Below, piece by piece: positions 1 to 10,970 of a DNA stretch of 64,000 nt. The position numbers were made by a program, and so were the translations under genes. This DNA is from Longimicrobiales bacterium (GTDB lineage: Bacteria; Gemmatimonadota; Gemmatimonadetes; Longimicrobiales; Gaopeijiaceae), in the NCBI GenBank assembly GCA_963664435.2, contig CAXXKM010000001.1, forward strand, positions 192,001-256,000, in the 5' to 3' direction. Under the pieces are notes generated by a model. It searched no databases. It saw only the letters and a list, made by a program, of their open reading frames with translations, and was not told where the DNA came from. The stretch's first letter is position 1; every line of letters begins with the position of its first letter.

Positions 1-408
1 CTTGCCGCGCTTCATCTCGTCCTCGAACAGGGCGATCGTGCGGTCCGAGCCCACCGCGCGCATGGCCACGGAACCCGCGTTCGGCGCTACGAAGAGTTCG
101 GGGACGACGCGCAGGACCCTCACCTCTGCCAGACGCACGTGCTCAGCGGGCATGACGCGATCGACGACCCGCGCCGTATCGGAAGGCAGCTCGGCACCTT
201 CGAAGCGGCTGCGCAACTCGGTCACGATCCCGTAGTGGGTGACCTGCGTCCCGTCCGGCAGTTTGTTGCGGACGGCGACCAGCTGGTCCAATTGCACATT
301 CGCTTCCGGGTCGAGCACCACGTGAAACTCGCGCGAATTGCTGCCGTGCGAGCCGTCCACCAGCCCGATTCGGGGGTCCGGCGCGGTGTTTCCGTCCTGG
401 TCGCTCAC
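1..408 (-). CDS. herA: HerA-like ATPase, N-terminal HAS-barrel region (partial, runs off the window)
   Basis: Not in the ORF track. A GTG at 408 overlaps the nurA stop (GTGA) and the frame is open to position 1: MSDQDGNTAPDPRIGLVDGSHGSNSREFHVVLDPEANVQLDQLVAVRNKLPDGTQVTHYGIVTELRSRFEG...EVRVLRVVPELFVAPNAG. Beta-rich HAS-barrel pattern directly after nurA. ATPase motifs are not in the window. Confidence 0.7.
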   Translation of the reverse strand, partial: MSDQDGNTAPDPRIGLVDGSHGSNSREFHVVLDPEANVQLDQLVAVRNKLPDGTQVTHYGIVTELRSRFEGAELPSDTARVVDRVMPAEHVRLAEVRVLRVVPELFVAPNAGSVAMRAVGSDRTIALFEDEMKRGK

Positions 409-1390
409 GTGGCCTCCTCTTCCCGGTTGTGCTGCATGACGGCTTCTCGAACGGCACGTAGCGCGAGCCTCGAGTCGCCGAGCAGGTGGTGAAGATGCTG
501 TTCCAGCCGCGCGACCGGTGCAAGGTTGACCGGCGCCCGGGCATCCCGGTGGGGCGCCGACGCGAAGGCGGGAAGCCACCGCGCGGCGCGATCCACCGTG
601 GCGATGGCCCTGCCGCTGCCCGAACTGACGGGTACCTCCAGGCGCGCGATCCCCGCCCACGGCCCCGCCCAGGGACCGGAGTCGCCCACACGGATGTAGC
701 ACGCATAGCGTTCGCCCTTCATGGCGAAAAGACTCGTCCGTTCTCCCACGTCGAGGTTCGGCACGGTCTGCCAGTGCTCGACCGCGAGCGTGCGCCGGTG
801 GTGGGTCTTGACGTATCCGACCACGGGAGTTCTGCGGCTGCGGCGGATGCTGTGAAGCGGTCCGTCGAATACGACCGTCAAGCCTTCCTCGAACAGGCGA
901 TCGGCGATCGCGGCTTCGGTGTCCCTCATCAGGCGCTGGAGATGTTGCGCCGCCGCGTGGGGCTCCTCACTCTCGACCGAAAGAGACATCCAGCGCCAGC
1001 CCCCGGCGTGCGGGAGCAGGCGCACCTGCTGTCCGCCGGGGAAGATGACAGCGCGACCGATCTCCACGTGGCCGATTTCGGCCGGGCCGTCCGGGCCGAT
1101 CAGTACCGCACCCGCTCCCCACGCCCCCACGAGCCCCGCGATCGTCTCCCCGTCCGACTTCGTGCGCGTAAGGTGAGCTTCGGTTCGACGCACCCCGTCG
1201 ACGAAGCACAGACGTACCGGGGAGCCCCCGTCGGGGGGACGGTGAATTCGAAAGTGTCCCCCGTCTTCCACCACCCGGCACTCGACGGTGTGTTCATCCT
1301 CTTCGTCCGCGCGAAAGCCGGCGCCGTAGGACGCATCGAATGGCTCGACCCCGATAAAGGACCGAGACGGCGTACGGTTCATGGCCCCCA

Positions 1391-1391
<1 letters not shown>
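405..1391 (-). CDS. nurA: NurA-family nuclease
   Basis: C-terminal part of ORF 405..2216. Motifs LCFVDGVRR, VVFDGPL, VGYVKTH, RAPVNLAPVARLE match bacterial NurA. ATG at 1391 overlaps the aroF stop (TGATG); alternative ATG at 1382. Confidence 0.8.
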
Positions 1392-2440
<1,049 letters not shown>

Positions 2441-2545
2441 GTCCGATCTCGTGGATGAAAGGTGGCTGCGAAATCCGCAGGGCTGGGTGAAGTGTGGCTG
2501 AGGCGGGTGGCCGGATCGGAAGTTCGATTGCGGAGACGGCGCGGC

Positions 2546-5500
2546 TTACGCAGACGCACCCGCCTCGAGGCGAACCCCTACCACCGAGCTCACGCCCGGT
2601 TCCTCCATGGTCAGGCCGTAGATCCAGTCGGCCGCTTCGATGGTGCGCGGATTGTGCGTGATCACCACGAACTGGCTCTGCTGCTTGAACTCTCGCAGAA
2701 GCTGAACGAAGCGGTCAATGTTGCTCTCGTCAAGCGGGGCGTCCACTTCGTCCAGGACGCAGAACGGGCTCGGCTTCACAAGGTAGATGCCGAAGAGGAG
2801 CGCGAGCGCGGTGAGCGCCCTTTCTCCCCCCGACAGCAGATCGATGCGCCGGGTCTTCTTGCCCATCGGGGCGGCGTGGATGTCGACGGGCCCTCCCAGC
2901 GGATCCTCGGGGTCGCCCAGACGCAGGTCGCACTCTCCGCCGTCGAACAGGCGCTGGTAGATGTTGCGGAAGTTCTCGCGCGCGGTCTCGAAGGTCTCGA
3001 GGAAGAGCCTGGTGGCGGTCTGGTCGATCTCGCGGATGGCGGCCCGCAGGTCGTTGCGCGCCCGCTCGAGGTCGTCGCGCTGCCCGGTCAGGAAGGTCAG
3101 GCGCTCATTCTGTTCCGCATGTTCCTCGATGGCGAGCATGTTGACGGGACCCAGGCGTTCGATCGCCTGCACGAGCCCGCCCAGCTCCTCCTTGAGCTCC
3201 TCGGGGTCGCCCTCGACCGGCTCCGCCATCTCGACCAGCTTCTCGAAGGATCGCGCCCATTCCGCCTCCACGCGTTCGCGGATGAGGACGATCTTCCCGC
3301 CGAGTTCCTGCTCCTCGAGGTTCAGGTCGTGATGTCGGTCGGAGGCGGCCCGCTCGGCCGAGCGGGCGGCTTCGACCCTCCGGTCGGCCTGCTTTACCGC
3401 CTCCTTCGCCTGCCCGAGCGCCGCGTCGTCCTGTGCGAGCCGCTCCTGAGCGCGGTCACGCCGCTGGAACAGCCGCTCGACGGCCTTCCCCCCGCGCGTG
3501 AGCAGCGCGCGGGCTTCGGACAGCTCGCGCCCGAGCTGCTCTTTCTCCTTCTCCAGCCGCGCGAGCTGCGCGGAGGCCTGCGTTTCCGACCTGCCGAGAT
3601 CGCCCAGACGCTCGTCGGCGCGCGCGAGTTCGCCCTCGTGCTGATTCGACTGGATCGCGAACCGGGCTTCGTCCACGCGCGCGCGCTCCCAGTCCCCCTC
3701 CGCCACCTCGAGCACCTCGGCGGCCCGTTCTCCACGACGGCGCAGGGAGGCGGCACCCGCGGTCAGGCTGTCGAGTTCCTCCTGCTGCGCGCGCTCCTGC
3801 CCGGTCGCGGTGGCGATGGCCTCCCGGATGTCGCGGACGCGCCGCGCGAGGTCGTCGCTGTCCCGTGTCAGACGGGTGCGGCGCTCCTCGTGGGTGCTCC
3901 GGTCCGCCCGGGCGGCGCGCAGGTCGTCGTCGGCGCGGGTCAGCGCCGCGCGCCGCTCCTGGAGCACCCTCTCCGCCCGCTCGACGCGCCCCTGCGCCGC
4001 CTCGCGCGCCCCACGGGCGCGCGAGGCTTTCCGGGCAGCGGCGACGGCGGCCTCCTCGAGGGCCGCGAGCTTGCCGCGGCGTTCGAGAAGGCCGGCCGTC
4101 CCCGCGGGGTTGCCCACCACCACCACGCCGCGCGCGTCCACGGACGCGGGCGGGCGGTCACGGCCGGGCGCCTCGTCCCCGCCGGTGGAGTCCCCGGGCT
4201 CGTCGCGGTCCACCCCGGCCAGAAGTATGCGTGCCCAGGAGGCGCCCGGCCCTTCCGGGCGGAGTTCGCTCAGCAGCGACCCCGCTGGACCCGCCTCGGT
4301 GGCCTCGTCCAGCGGGAGCAGCACGATCCCTCCACCCTCGGTCCACTCCTCGGCGAACCACCTGCGCAGGCGTGCGGCGGCCTCGCCGCCCTCCACCAGC
4401 AGCGCCTGAGCCAGATGGCCCAGATACGACTCCGCGGCGCTCAGCGCGCCCGCCGGGCCTGCAATGCACTGCGACAGCGTGCCGAGAACCAGATCCGGAT
4501 GCGCCTCGCGGGCCGCCCGCACGACCGGCTCGTAGCCGGCTCCATCCCGCTCCATGATCTCGAGGGCGGTCCGCCGGGCCTCTAGCGCTGACGCCCGGTC
4601 AGCCGCCTTCACTTCGGCTGCGCGCGCCCGCGCCTGCGCAGTGCGTGCGTCCTCGAAGTCCCGCAGCCCCTCGTCCACCTTCGTGCGGGCCCGCGTCGCG
4701 GAGGCCTCGAGGCGGACCATCCGGTCGTCGGATTCCCCGCCCTCCCGGCGCATCCCGGTCAGCTCGAGCTCGGTCTGGGAGGCACGTTCCTCGAGCCGGA
4801 CCAGCCGACCATGCAACTCCTCAAGCCGCGTGCGCGAGGCGCCGACGGTGCCCTCCATGCCGGCCACCCGGCGCAGCAGTTTCCGTTCCTTGCCGCGCAC
4901 CTCCGCCAAGGTCGCGCGCGCGCGCCTCAGCCGTTCCCTCGTGCGCGCCGTAACCTGCCGCGCCTGTTGCGATTCCGCGCCCACTTCGGCCAGTTCGGCC
5001 GCGGTTCGGGCGCGCGACCTCCGCAACTCGGCCAGCTCGCGCGCCAACTCGCCGGAACGCCGACGAGCCACGTCCTGATCCTCGCCGATCTGCCCCAGTC
5101 GCCGCTCCGCGTAGACGATGCGCTCGCGCGCAACCGCCAGGTCCCGTTCCCAGCGCACCAGGTCCTTCTGGATGCTGTCGAGCACCCCCGCCGCCTCGGT
5201 GCGGGACTTCTCGGCCTCCAGGCTTCGCACCCGCGAGGCCTCGCGCTCGGTCTCGGCCGTCCGGAGCTCGATGAGCGTCGCCTGCTGCGCCTCCTGCTCG
5301 CGCGCGAGCAGCTCCCGAACCTTCGTCAGGCGATCCTCGAACTCGACGAGGTCCACCGACACCACCGCGACCTCGACCGAGAGCCGTCGCTTCCTCAGAC
5401 CGTGGTAGCGCTGTGCCTTCCCCTTCTGGCGCGCCAGCGAGCGGACCTTGGTCGCCACCTCCGCGATCACGTCCTCCAGCCGTTCCAGGTCCAGTTCGGC

Positions 5501-6049
5501 CCGGGCCAGCCGCTGTCCCGCGATCCGGCTCCGGTCCTTGTACTTGCCGATGCCCGCGGCCTCCTCGAACAACCCACGGCGCTCTCCCGCCCGCTCCGAG
5601 AGAATCGCGTCGATCATGCGGCTCTCGATGATCGCGTAGGCGTTGGCGCCGAGTCCGGTGTCCCGGCACAACTCCTGGACATCGCGCAGGCGACAGGTGG
5701 TGCGGTTGATCGAGTACTCGCTGCCGCCATCGCGGTACACCGTGCGGCCGATCTCGACTTCGCCGAAAGGCACCGGGAGCAGCCCGTCCTCGTTGGTGAC
5801 CCGGAGGATGACCGATCCGCGGTTGATGGGCCGCCGATGGACGGTTCCCTGGAAGATCACCTCTTCCATGCGTGAGCCGCGTACCACCGTGGGCCGCTGC
5901 TCGCCAAGCACCCAGCGAACGGCGTCGCTGATATTGGACTTGCCGCATCCGTTCGGGCCCACAATCGCGGTAATGCCCTCGTGGAACACGATGTCGGTGC
6001 GTTCGGGGAACGACTTGAACCCGTGCAGGCTCAGCGAGGCGAGCTTCAT
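2546..6049 (-). CDS. smc: Chromosome segregation protein SMC
   Basis: 1167 aa; GFKSF, Walker A GPNGCGKSN, long coiled coils, GPVNMLAIEE, LSGGE, Walker B LDEVDAPLD. Confidence 0.95.
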   Translation of the reverse strand: MKLASLSLHGFKSFPERTDIVFHEGITAIVGPNGCGKSNISDAVRWVLGEQRPTVVRGSRMEEVIFQGTVHRRPINRGSVILRVTNEDGLLPVPFGEVEIGRTVYRDGGSEYSINRTTCRLRDVQELCRDTGLGANAYAIIESRMIDAILSERAGERRGLFEEAAGIGKYKDRSRIAGQRLARAELDLERLEDVIAEVATKVRSLARQKGKAQRYHGLRKRRLSVEVAVVSVDLVEFEDRLTKVRELLAREQEAQQATLIELRTAETEREASRVRSLEAEKSRTEAAGVLDSIQKDLVRWERDLAVARERIVYAERRLGQIGEDQDVARRRSGELARELAELRRSRARTAAELAEVGAESQQARQVTARTRERLRRARATLAEVRGKERKLLRRVAGMEGTVGASRTRLEELHGRLVRLEERASQTELELTGMRREGGESDDRMVRLEASATRARTKVDEGLRDFEDARTAQARARAAEVKAADRASALEARRTALEIMERDGAGYEPVVRAAREAHPDLVLGTLSQCIAGPAGALSAAESYLGHLAQALLVEGGEAAARLRRWFAEEWTEGGGIVLLPLDEATEAGPAGSLLSELRPEGPGASWARILLAGVDRDEPGDSTGGDEAPGRDRPPASVDARGVVVVGNPAGTAGLLERRGKLAALEEAAVAAARKASRARGAREAAQGRVERAERVLQERRAALTRADDDLRAARADRSTHEERRTRLTRDSDDLARRVRDIREAIATATGQERAQQEELDSLTAGAASLRRRGERAAEVLEVAEGDWERARVDEARFAIQSNQHEGELARADERLGDLGRSETQASAQLARLEKEKEQLGRELSEARALLTRGGKAVERLFQRRDRAQERLAQDDAALGQAKEAVKQADRRVEAARSAERAASDRHHDLNLEEQELGGKIVLIRERVEAEWARSFEKLVEMAEPVEGDPEELKEELGGLVQAIERLGPVNMLAIEEHAEQNERLTFLTGQRDDLERARNDLRAAIREIDQTATRLFLETFETARENFRNIYQRLFDGGECDLRLGDPEDPLGGPVDIHAAPMGKKTRRIDLLSGGERALTALALLFGIYLVKPSPFCVLDEVDAPLDESNIDRFVQLLREFKQQSQFVVITHNPRTIEAADWIYGLTMEEPGVSSVVGVRLEAGASA

Positions 6050-7044
6050 CGGGCGAAGTACCCGCTCACCCGCGCGAGGAGGTTGTCGTACAGTTCCCAG
6101 AGCCGGTCGGCTCCGGGCACGTCGGCGATCCCGGCATTGTCGATCCCCATCAGGATCATCACCGCCGCGAACAGGATCAGCACCACGAACGCCGAGGCGC
6201 TGAGGCCCCGACCCCGGCCGTGGGAGACGGACTCGGGTCCCGGGCCGTTTCGGGGCTGCGCGGGGGCGGTGGCCGCGGCTGCCGGAGCCGGCTCCGCTTC
6301 GGCCACGGAGGGTTCGTCCGCCTCCCCGCCGTCATCGAATCCCGGCCACAGCGTGGCTCGGTAGGTCTGCCCGCCGAGGCGGTTCTCTCCCTTCCCGGTC
6401 ACCGTCGTGACGGAGGTACCGTTGGGGGCCGGACCCAGCAGCGCGATGGCGTCCCTCAGTCCCACGCTTCCCAGCGCGCCCATGGGTTCGCCCTTGCAGC
6501 CAAGCACGATCGAAGGGGTGCCGCGCGGATGGAAGGGCGATTCGGCAGCCTGATAGGTGACGACCATGACGCCGCCCTCGACCAGCGCAGCAAGAAGTCG
6601 ATGCCACGCGGGACGGTGGAGCAGGCGGCGCGGATTCGCCACGGGAGTCCCCGCCGTGGCCACCCAGAAACTCCCGTCGTTGGCGGGGCGGGCGATTCGC
6701 CCCAGGGAAGCGCCGTACTCGATGGCGTCGCTGATGCCCTCGAGATTCTCGCTGTTGAACGCCCCGTGCAGATGGGGCTCGTCGAAGCACAGGTCGACGA
6801 GCAGCACGCGTGCTCCCCGGGAGGCCCAGCTCCCCGCGATCGCCACGGCGGCGTGGACGGCCCAATCCTTGTGGCGTGCCCTGGAGCTGGCCCGGACCTC
6901 GACCAGCCGCCCATGCTCGGAGCCGATGGGAAGGTCGCGGTCCAGGATGCCGGAGGGGACGTCCGGGGAAAAATCAAAGGGCTGCAACTGCAGCGCGGAA
7001 GCGCCGGGCTCGGATCGCGCGGATGCATCACCCGGGGGGGTCAT
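6046..7044 (-). CDS. Hypothetical membrane-anchored protein with degenerate MinD/ParA/BY-kinase-like segment
   Basis: RGARVLLVDL...PHLHGAF...EGISDAI resembles the MinD/CpsD core but no Walker A is visible; C-terminal TM helix; 4-nt overlaps with both neighbours. Confidence 0.6.
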   Translation of the reverse strand: MTPPGDASARSEPGASALQLQPFDFSPDVPSGILDRDLPIGSEHGRLVEVRASSRARHKDWAVHAAVAIAGSWASRGARVLLVDLCFDEPHLHGAFNSENLEGISDAIEYGASLGRIARPANDGSFWVATAGTPVANPRRLLHRPAWHRLLAALVEGGVMVVTYQAAESPFHPRGTPSIVLGCKGEPMGALGSVGLRDAIALLGPAPNGTSVTTVTGKGENRLGGQTYRATLWPGFDDGGEADEPSVAEAEPAPAAAATAPAQPRNGPGPESVSHGRGRGLSASAFVVLILFAAVMILMGIDNAGIADVPGADRLWELYDNLLARVSGYFAR

Positions 7045-7433
7045 GGCGGCCCGCCCTCCGTGTCCGGCGCAAGCTCGTGGCGGGGCGCGTCCCCCCAGAG
7101 CGCCTCGAGCTGGTAGAAGGACCGCACCTCTGGATGAAACACGTGTACGACGAAGTCGATGTAGTCGATGAGAACCCAGCGGCCTTCCCGCCCTCCCTCC
7201 GTGTGCGCGGGGTGGGTTCCCTCCTTGCGCAGCTGCCGGGTCACGTGGTCCGAGATCGAACGCACCTGGGTGTCGGAAGTGCCGGTCGCCAGGAGGAAGT
7301 AGTCGGTGGCCGAGGAGATGCCGCGCAGGTCGAGCACGACCACGTCGCTGGCTTTGCGTTCGAGCGTCAACCGGGCCGCCCGCCGGATCGCGGGCGGGAG
7401 GCCGGAATCGCCGAAAAGGGCAGCTTCGACCAT
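7041..7433 (-). CDS. rsfS: Ribosome silencing factor RsfS (Iojap)
   Basis: KASDVVVLDLR, TDYFLLATG, WVLIDYIDFVVHVF, RSFYQLEALW. Confidence 0.95.
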   Translation of the reverse strand: MVEAALFGDSGLPPAIRRAARLTLERKASDVVVLDLRGISSATDYFLLATGTSDTQVRSISDHVTRQLRKEGTHPAHTEGGREGRWVLIDYIDFVVHVFHPEVRSFYQLEALWGDAPRHELAPDTEGGPP

Positions 7434-7453
7434 GCGCGGGGCGCCCGGCGGCC

Positions 7454-7909
7454 TCAGCTCGTCCTTTCCACGTGCACCGTCACCTTGACCTCCACCTCCG
7501 CGTGGAGCTTGATCGGAACGTCGAAGACGCCCAGCGTCTTGATCGGTTCTGCAAGGTTGACGTGTCGCTTGTCCAGAACGAAATCCAGCCCCGAGCTGAC
7601 CGCCCGTTCGGCGATGTCGGCAGCGGTCACGGAGCCGAACAGCTTGTCGGATTCGCCCGCGCGTGCCCGGAACACGAGGTGCATGCCCTCGAGCCTGGAG
7701 GCGCGCCGGCGGGCTTCCAGGTACGCCCTGCGGGCCCGCTCCTCCGACCGCCGCTGCTCCCGCTCCAGCCGACGGACGTTGGCCGCGGATGCTTCGTAGG
7801 CGAGGCCGCGCGGCAGGAGGAAGTTGCGGGCGTAGCCCGGTTTCACGTTCACGACATCGCCCGGTTCACCGAGGCGATCCACGGTTGCCTTGAGGATCAG
7901 TTTCACCAT
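7454..7909 (-). CDS. rplI: 50S ribosomal protein L9
   Basis: LGEPGDVVNVKPGYARNFLLPRG, KLFGSVT; start taken at ATG 7909. Confidence 0.95.
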   Translation of the reverse strand: MVKLILKATVDRLGEPGDVVNVKPGYARNFLLPRGLAYEASAANVRRLEREQRRSEERARRAYLEARRRASRLEGMHLVFRARAGESDKLFGSVTAADIAERAVSSGLDFVLDKRHVNLAEPIKTLGVFDVPIKLHAEVEVKVTVHVERTS

Positions 7910-7975
7910 CCACTCCTGGTTTCTCGAAACATGCGGGCCTGCGCCGTCAGGCGCCACGCAGGCCGGGGTTTTCGG

Positions 7976-8879
7976 TCACGTCCGCTGGGCTCGGGCGCGG
8001 ATGTCCACCCAGGTGTCTCCCAGCCCGATCAGCAGTGCCGCCGCGAACAGAAAGGGTGCCAGCAGCAGGAAGGCGAGCGCAAGCAGGACCCATCCGAGGG
8101 CGGACACGCCGCGGGTCAGGGCGACCGCCACGCCAGCTCCGCGCAACGCGTAAAGCGCGCCGGTAAAGGCGAGCAGGTTCAATCCGGCCCGGCCCGTGGC
8201 GCCGTCGGCGCTGCAAAACGAACATCACCGCGCCCGCAACCAGCAGCCACACCAGCTGGTCGTTGAACCGGAAGTCGCGCAACGGGCCAAGTCCTTCGCC
8301 GCTTCCGCGCACCAGGCGGACGTAGAGCCACCATGCGGCTCCCAGCGCGGCGAGAGACGACAGTCCGAGCATCGCCGGAAACAGGTTGCTCTGCCACTCC
8401 GCCGCCTGGAATACCGTGCTGATCACGGTCCCGGGGAGCGGAGTTCCGTCCCGGAGCACGCGCAGCGCTTCCAGGGACGTGCTCACCCCGTCCCGCAACC
8501 TGGTCGCCACCATCCGGTCGATGATTGCCCAGCGCCGGGGGCTCAGTCCCAGGGCGGCCCATGCGCCGGCACCGGCAACCGCGATGGCCAGCAGCGCCCG
8601 GGGCAGGAACCGCCGTTCGGGCCACCGCAGCGTCACGGCGGCGAAGCAGCCGCCCAGGATGATCGTCCATCCACGCTCGACGTACCACAGTCCGGATCGG
8701 GTCGCGCCCGCCAGCGCCATCACCATCCCCAGAGCGCCGGCCATCACGGGCAAGGCCCGCTTCGCGGGCGCGCTGAAGACGAGCCAGGCGAAGGGGATCA
8801 GCACCAGGACGAGGGGAGCGAAGACCGAGAGCACCAGCGTCGCGAAAAACAGGGCTCCCGCCCGCCCCCAGCCCCTCAA
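7976..8879 (-). pseudogene. YybS/DUF2232-family membrane protein with apparent single-base frameshift near 8215-8218
   Basis: Typical position between rpsR and rplI. The multi-TM N-part (ORF 7947..8879) goes out of frame after AVMFV. The family-like C-terminus (NLL...LIGLGDTWVDIR) lies in another frame (7976..8182). Confidence 0.7.
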
Positions 8880-8906
8880 CGCGGCCCCCGCCCGACCAAG
8901 GGCCGG

Positions 8907-9557
8907 CTACCCCTCGTGACGGCGCACGTAGGGAAGCAGGGCCAGGTAGCGCGCCCGCTTCACCGCCCGTCCCAGCTTGCGCTGAAATCCGGCGGCCACG
9001 CGAGTGGTGCGCCGGGGGAGGAGCTTGCCCTGCTCGGTGACGAAGCGCGACAGCGTGGCCACATCCTTGTAGTTCAGGATGGTGATCGGGGGACCTTCGA
9101 TGCGCCTGCGGTGCCCGCGCCCGCCGGAGAACTCGGGCGGGCTCGTGCGGACCTCGGCTTCTTCTTCCCCGCCCTTTTCCTCGCCCTCGGCGTTGTCGTC
9201 CCCGCGGGATTCCTCGGGCGCACGGGAGGCCGGAGGGGCCTCGGCAACCATCGACAGTCCCGATGAGGGTTCGCCCTCGTTTACGACCAGGAGGTACCGG
9301 AGCACGCCCTCGTCGAGCTTCATGATGCGCTCCAGCTCGGGCAGGCTTGCAGGATCGCCGAGAAACTGCGTCACGACGTAGTGGCCGGAGGTCTGCTTCT
9401 GGATGGGGTAGGCGAGCTTACGGCCGCCCCAGTGGTCCACGACCCTGATTTCGGCGTCCCCGCCGGATACCAGGCCGTGGAATCGGTCCATCTTCTGCTG
9501 GATGGCATCCTCGCCCAGGGCGGGATGGAAAATCACAACGAGTTCATAGTCGCGCAT
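8907..9557 (-). CDS. rpsF-rpsR: Fused 30S ribosomal proteins S6 and S18
   Basis: One 216-aa ORF: S6 ([10 protein letters not shown]...[12 protein letters not shown]...GHY...VLRYLLV), acidic linker, S18 ([25 protein letters not shown]...[19 protein letters not shown]). Confidence 0.93.
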   Translation of the reverse strand: MRDYELVVIFHPALGEDAIQQKMDRFHGLVSGGDAEIRVVDHWGGRKLAYPIQKQTSGHYVVTQFLGDPASLPELERIMKLDEGVLRYLLVVNEGEPSSGLSMVAEAPPASRAPEESRGDDNAEGEEKGGEEEAEVRTSPPEFSGGRGHRRRIEGPPITILNYKDVATLSRFVTEQGKLLPRRTTRVAAGFQRKLGRAVKRARYLALLPYVRRHEG

Positions 9558-9654
9558 GGTCTCTCCCATGGTCCGCGTCTTGACGGGCCTCGCTCCCGGG
9601 AGGGCTGTCTGCGGGAAGATTCTCCTCCGGGGCCGAGGCGGGATCGGCAAACGG

Positions 9655-9682
9655 AATATACCCTTCCGGACCGGAGCTTCAA
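9655..9682 (-). promoter_or_regulatory. Putative sigma70 promoter of rpsF-rpsR operon
   Basis: Minus strand TTGAAG-N16-TATATT upstream of rpsF. Confidence 0.5.
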
Positions 9683-9725
9683 CCCGGAGGCCGCCGCGTG
9701 GGCAAGGGGTTCGGTCCCGGGAAGC

Positions 9726-10931
9726 TCAGCCGCTCCCTGCCGCTTCCTGCACGGCGAGGATCAGCGACGGATAGCGGCTGAACGCCCAGCGGGCCTCCTC
9801 GACGTCGAGACGTTCGCGGTTGGTGTGCGCGTAGCGCTCCTCCCCGGGGGCGAAGCCGATGGTCGGAATCCCGAACACCCCGCAGGTCCAGCCTCCGTCA
9901 GTGGCGAAGGTCCAGGGGCGGCAGTGGGCGGACGTGGCGGGATCGCCGCGGCGCCCCACCGCTTTCGCGGCCGCCGTCACCACGGCGTGGTCGGGTTCCA
10001 TGAGGAAACCCGGCGTGAGCAGGTTGCGGTCGGCGGACCGGCCCGTGTAGGAGGTCTGGCGCTCCGAGGCGAGGCGGCACTCGATCGCATAACCCGCCGG
10101 AACATCCGGGAGCACCTCGGCGATCGCGTCCTCGACCCGCCCGATGAGGCTTGCCTCGGTATCGGCGGGCAGGATGCGCCAGTCGAGCACCACGATGACT
10201 TCGTCGGGGATGACGTTGGGGCTCTCGGGGCGCACCCGGACATCGGTGGGCGCCAGGCTCGCCGGCCCCAGGACGGGATCGGACTCCTGCCGCCGCGCGA
10301 GGGCGGCGATCCCGGTCAGCACGCCGGGCAGCAGGTCGAGGGCGTTGCGGGCGCGGTCGGGGGCGCTGGCGTGCCCGGCGAGACCACGGATCACGATCTC
10401 GAGCTGCGCGCGGCCGCGGTGACCCAGGGCGATGTCGCCGTACGTCGATTCGCCGATGATCGCCGCCGCGGGATTCACCAGGCCCGACCGCACCAGGTTC
10501 TCCATGCCCCAGCCGCCCCGCTCCTCGTACACCACCTGCCCCACGATCACGTCGCCGGGCGCGCGGTCGGCGAGGGCGGCGGCGGCGTAGACCTGGAGCG
10601 CCATGGGGCCCTTGATGTCCATCGCCCCGCGGCCATGCAGGTGGCCGTCCACGACTTCGCCGCTGAACGGCGGATGCTCCCACTCCTCGTGGGCTCCCTC
10701 GGCCACCACGTCCAGGTGGCAGGAGAGCATCACCGGGGGCGCATCTCCCCTTCCCCTGACGACTCCGGCGACGCTGCCCAGCCCATCGACCTCCACCCGG
10801 TCGAAGCCCAGCACGCGCATCTCCTCCTGGAGGCGGGCGGCGACTTCGCCCTCCTCGCCGCTCATCGAGGGAATGCGGATGAGATCGGCGGCGAAAGACA
10901 GGGCGTTTTCGAAGGTCGGCTCGCGGCTCAT
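9726..10931 (-). CDS. M20/M25/M40 metallohydrolase (ArgE/DapE/YgeY-like)
   Basis: [30 protein letters not shown]. Confidence 0.85.
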   Translation of the reverse strand: MSREPTFENALSFAADLIRIPSMSGEEGEVAARLQEEMRVLGFDRVEVDGLGSVAGVVRGRGDAPPVMLSCHLDVVAEGAHEEWEHPPFSGEVVDGHLHGRGAMDIKGPMALQVYAAAALADRAPGDVIVGQVVYEERGGWGMENLVRSGLVNPAAAIIGESTYGDIALGHRGRAQLEIVIRGLAGHASAPDRARNALDLLPGVLTGIAALARRQESDPVLGPASLAPTDVRVRPESPNVIPDEVIVVLDWRILPADTEASLIGRVEDAIAEVLPDVPAGYAIECRLASERQTSYTGRSADRNLLTPGFLMEPDHAVVTAAAKAVGRRGDPATSAHCRPWTFATDGGWTCGVFGIPTIGFAPGEERYAHTNRERLDVEEARWAFSRYPSLILAVQEAAGSG

Positions 10932-10970
10932 GGGCTCAGGCTCCGGGTCAGGCGCGGGAAGAGGCGCGGG

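Noticed and set aside
2546..6049. SMC as the Rad50/SbcC partner of NurA-HerA, or a Wadjet/MksB subunit
   Set aside because: It has canonical condensin motifs and a hinge-like region, no CxxC zinc hook, and no jet/mks genes nearby
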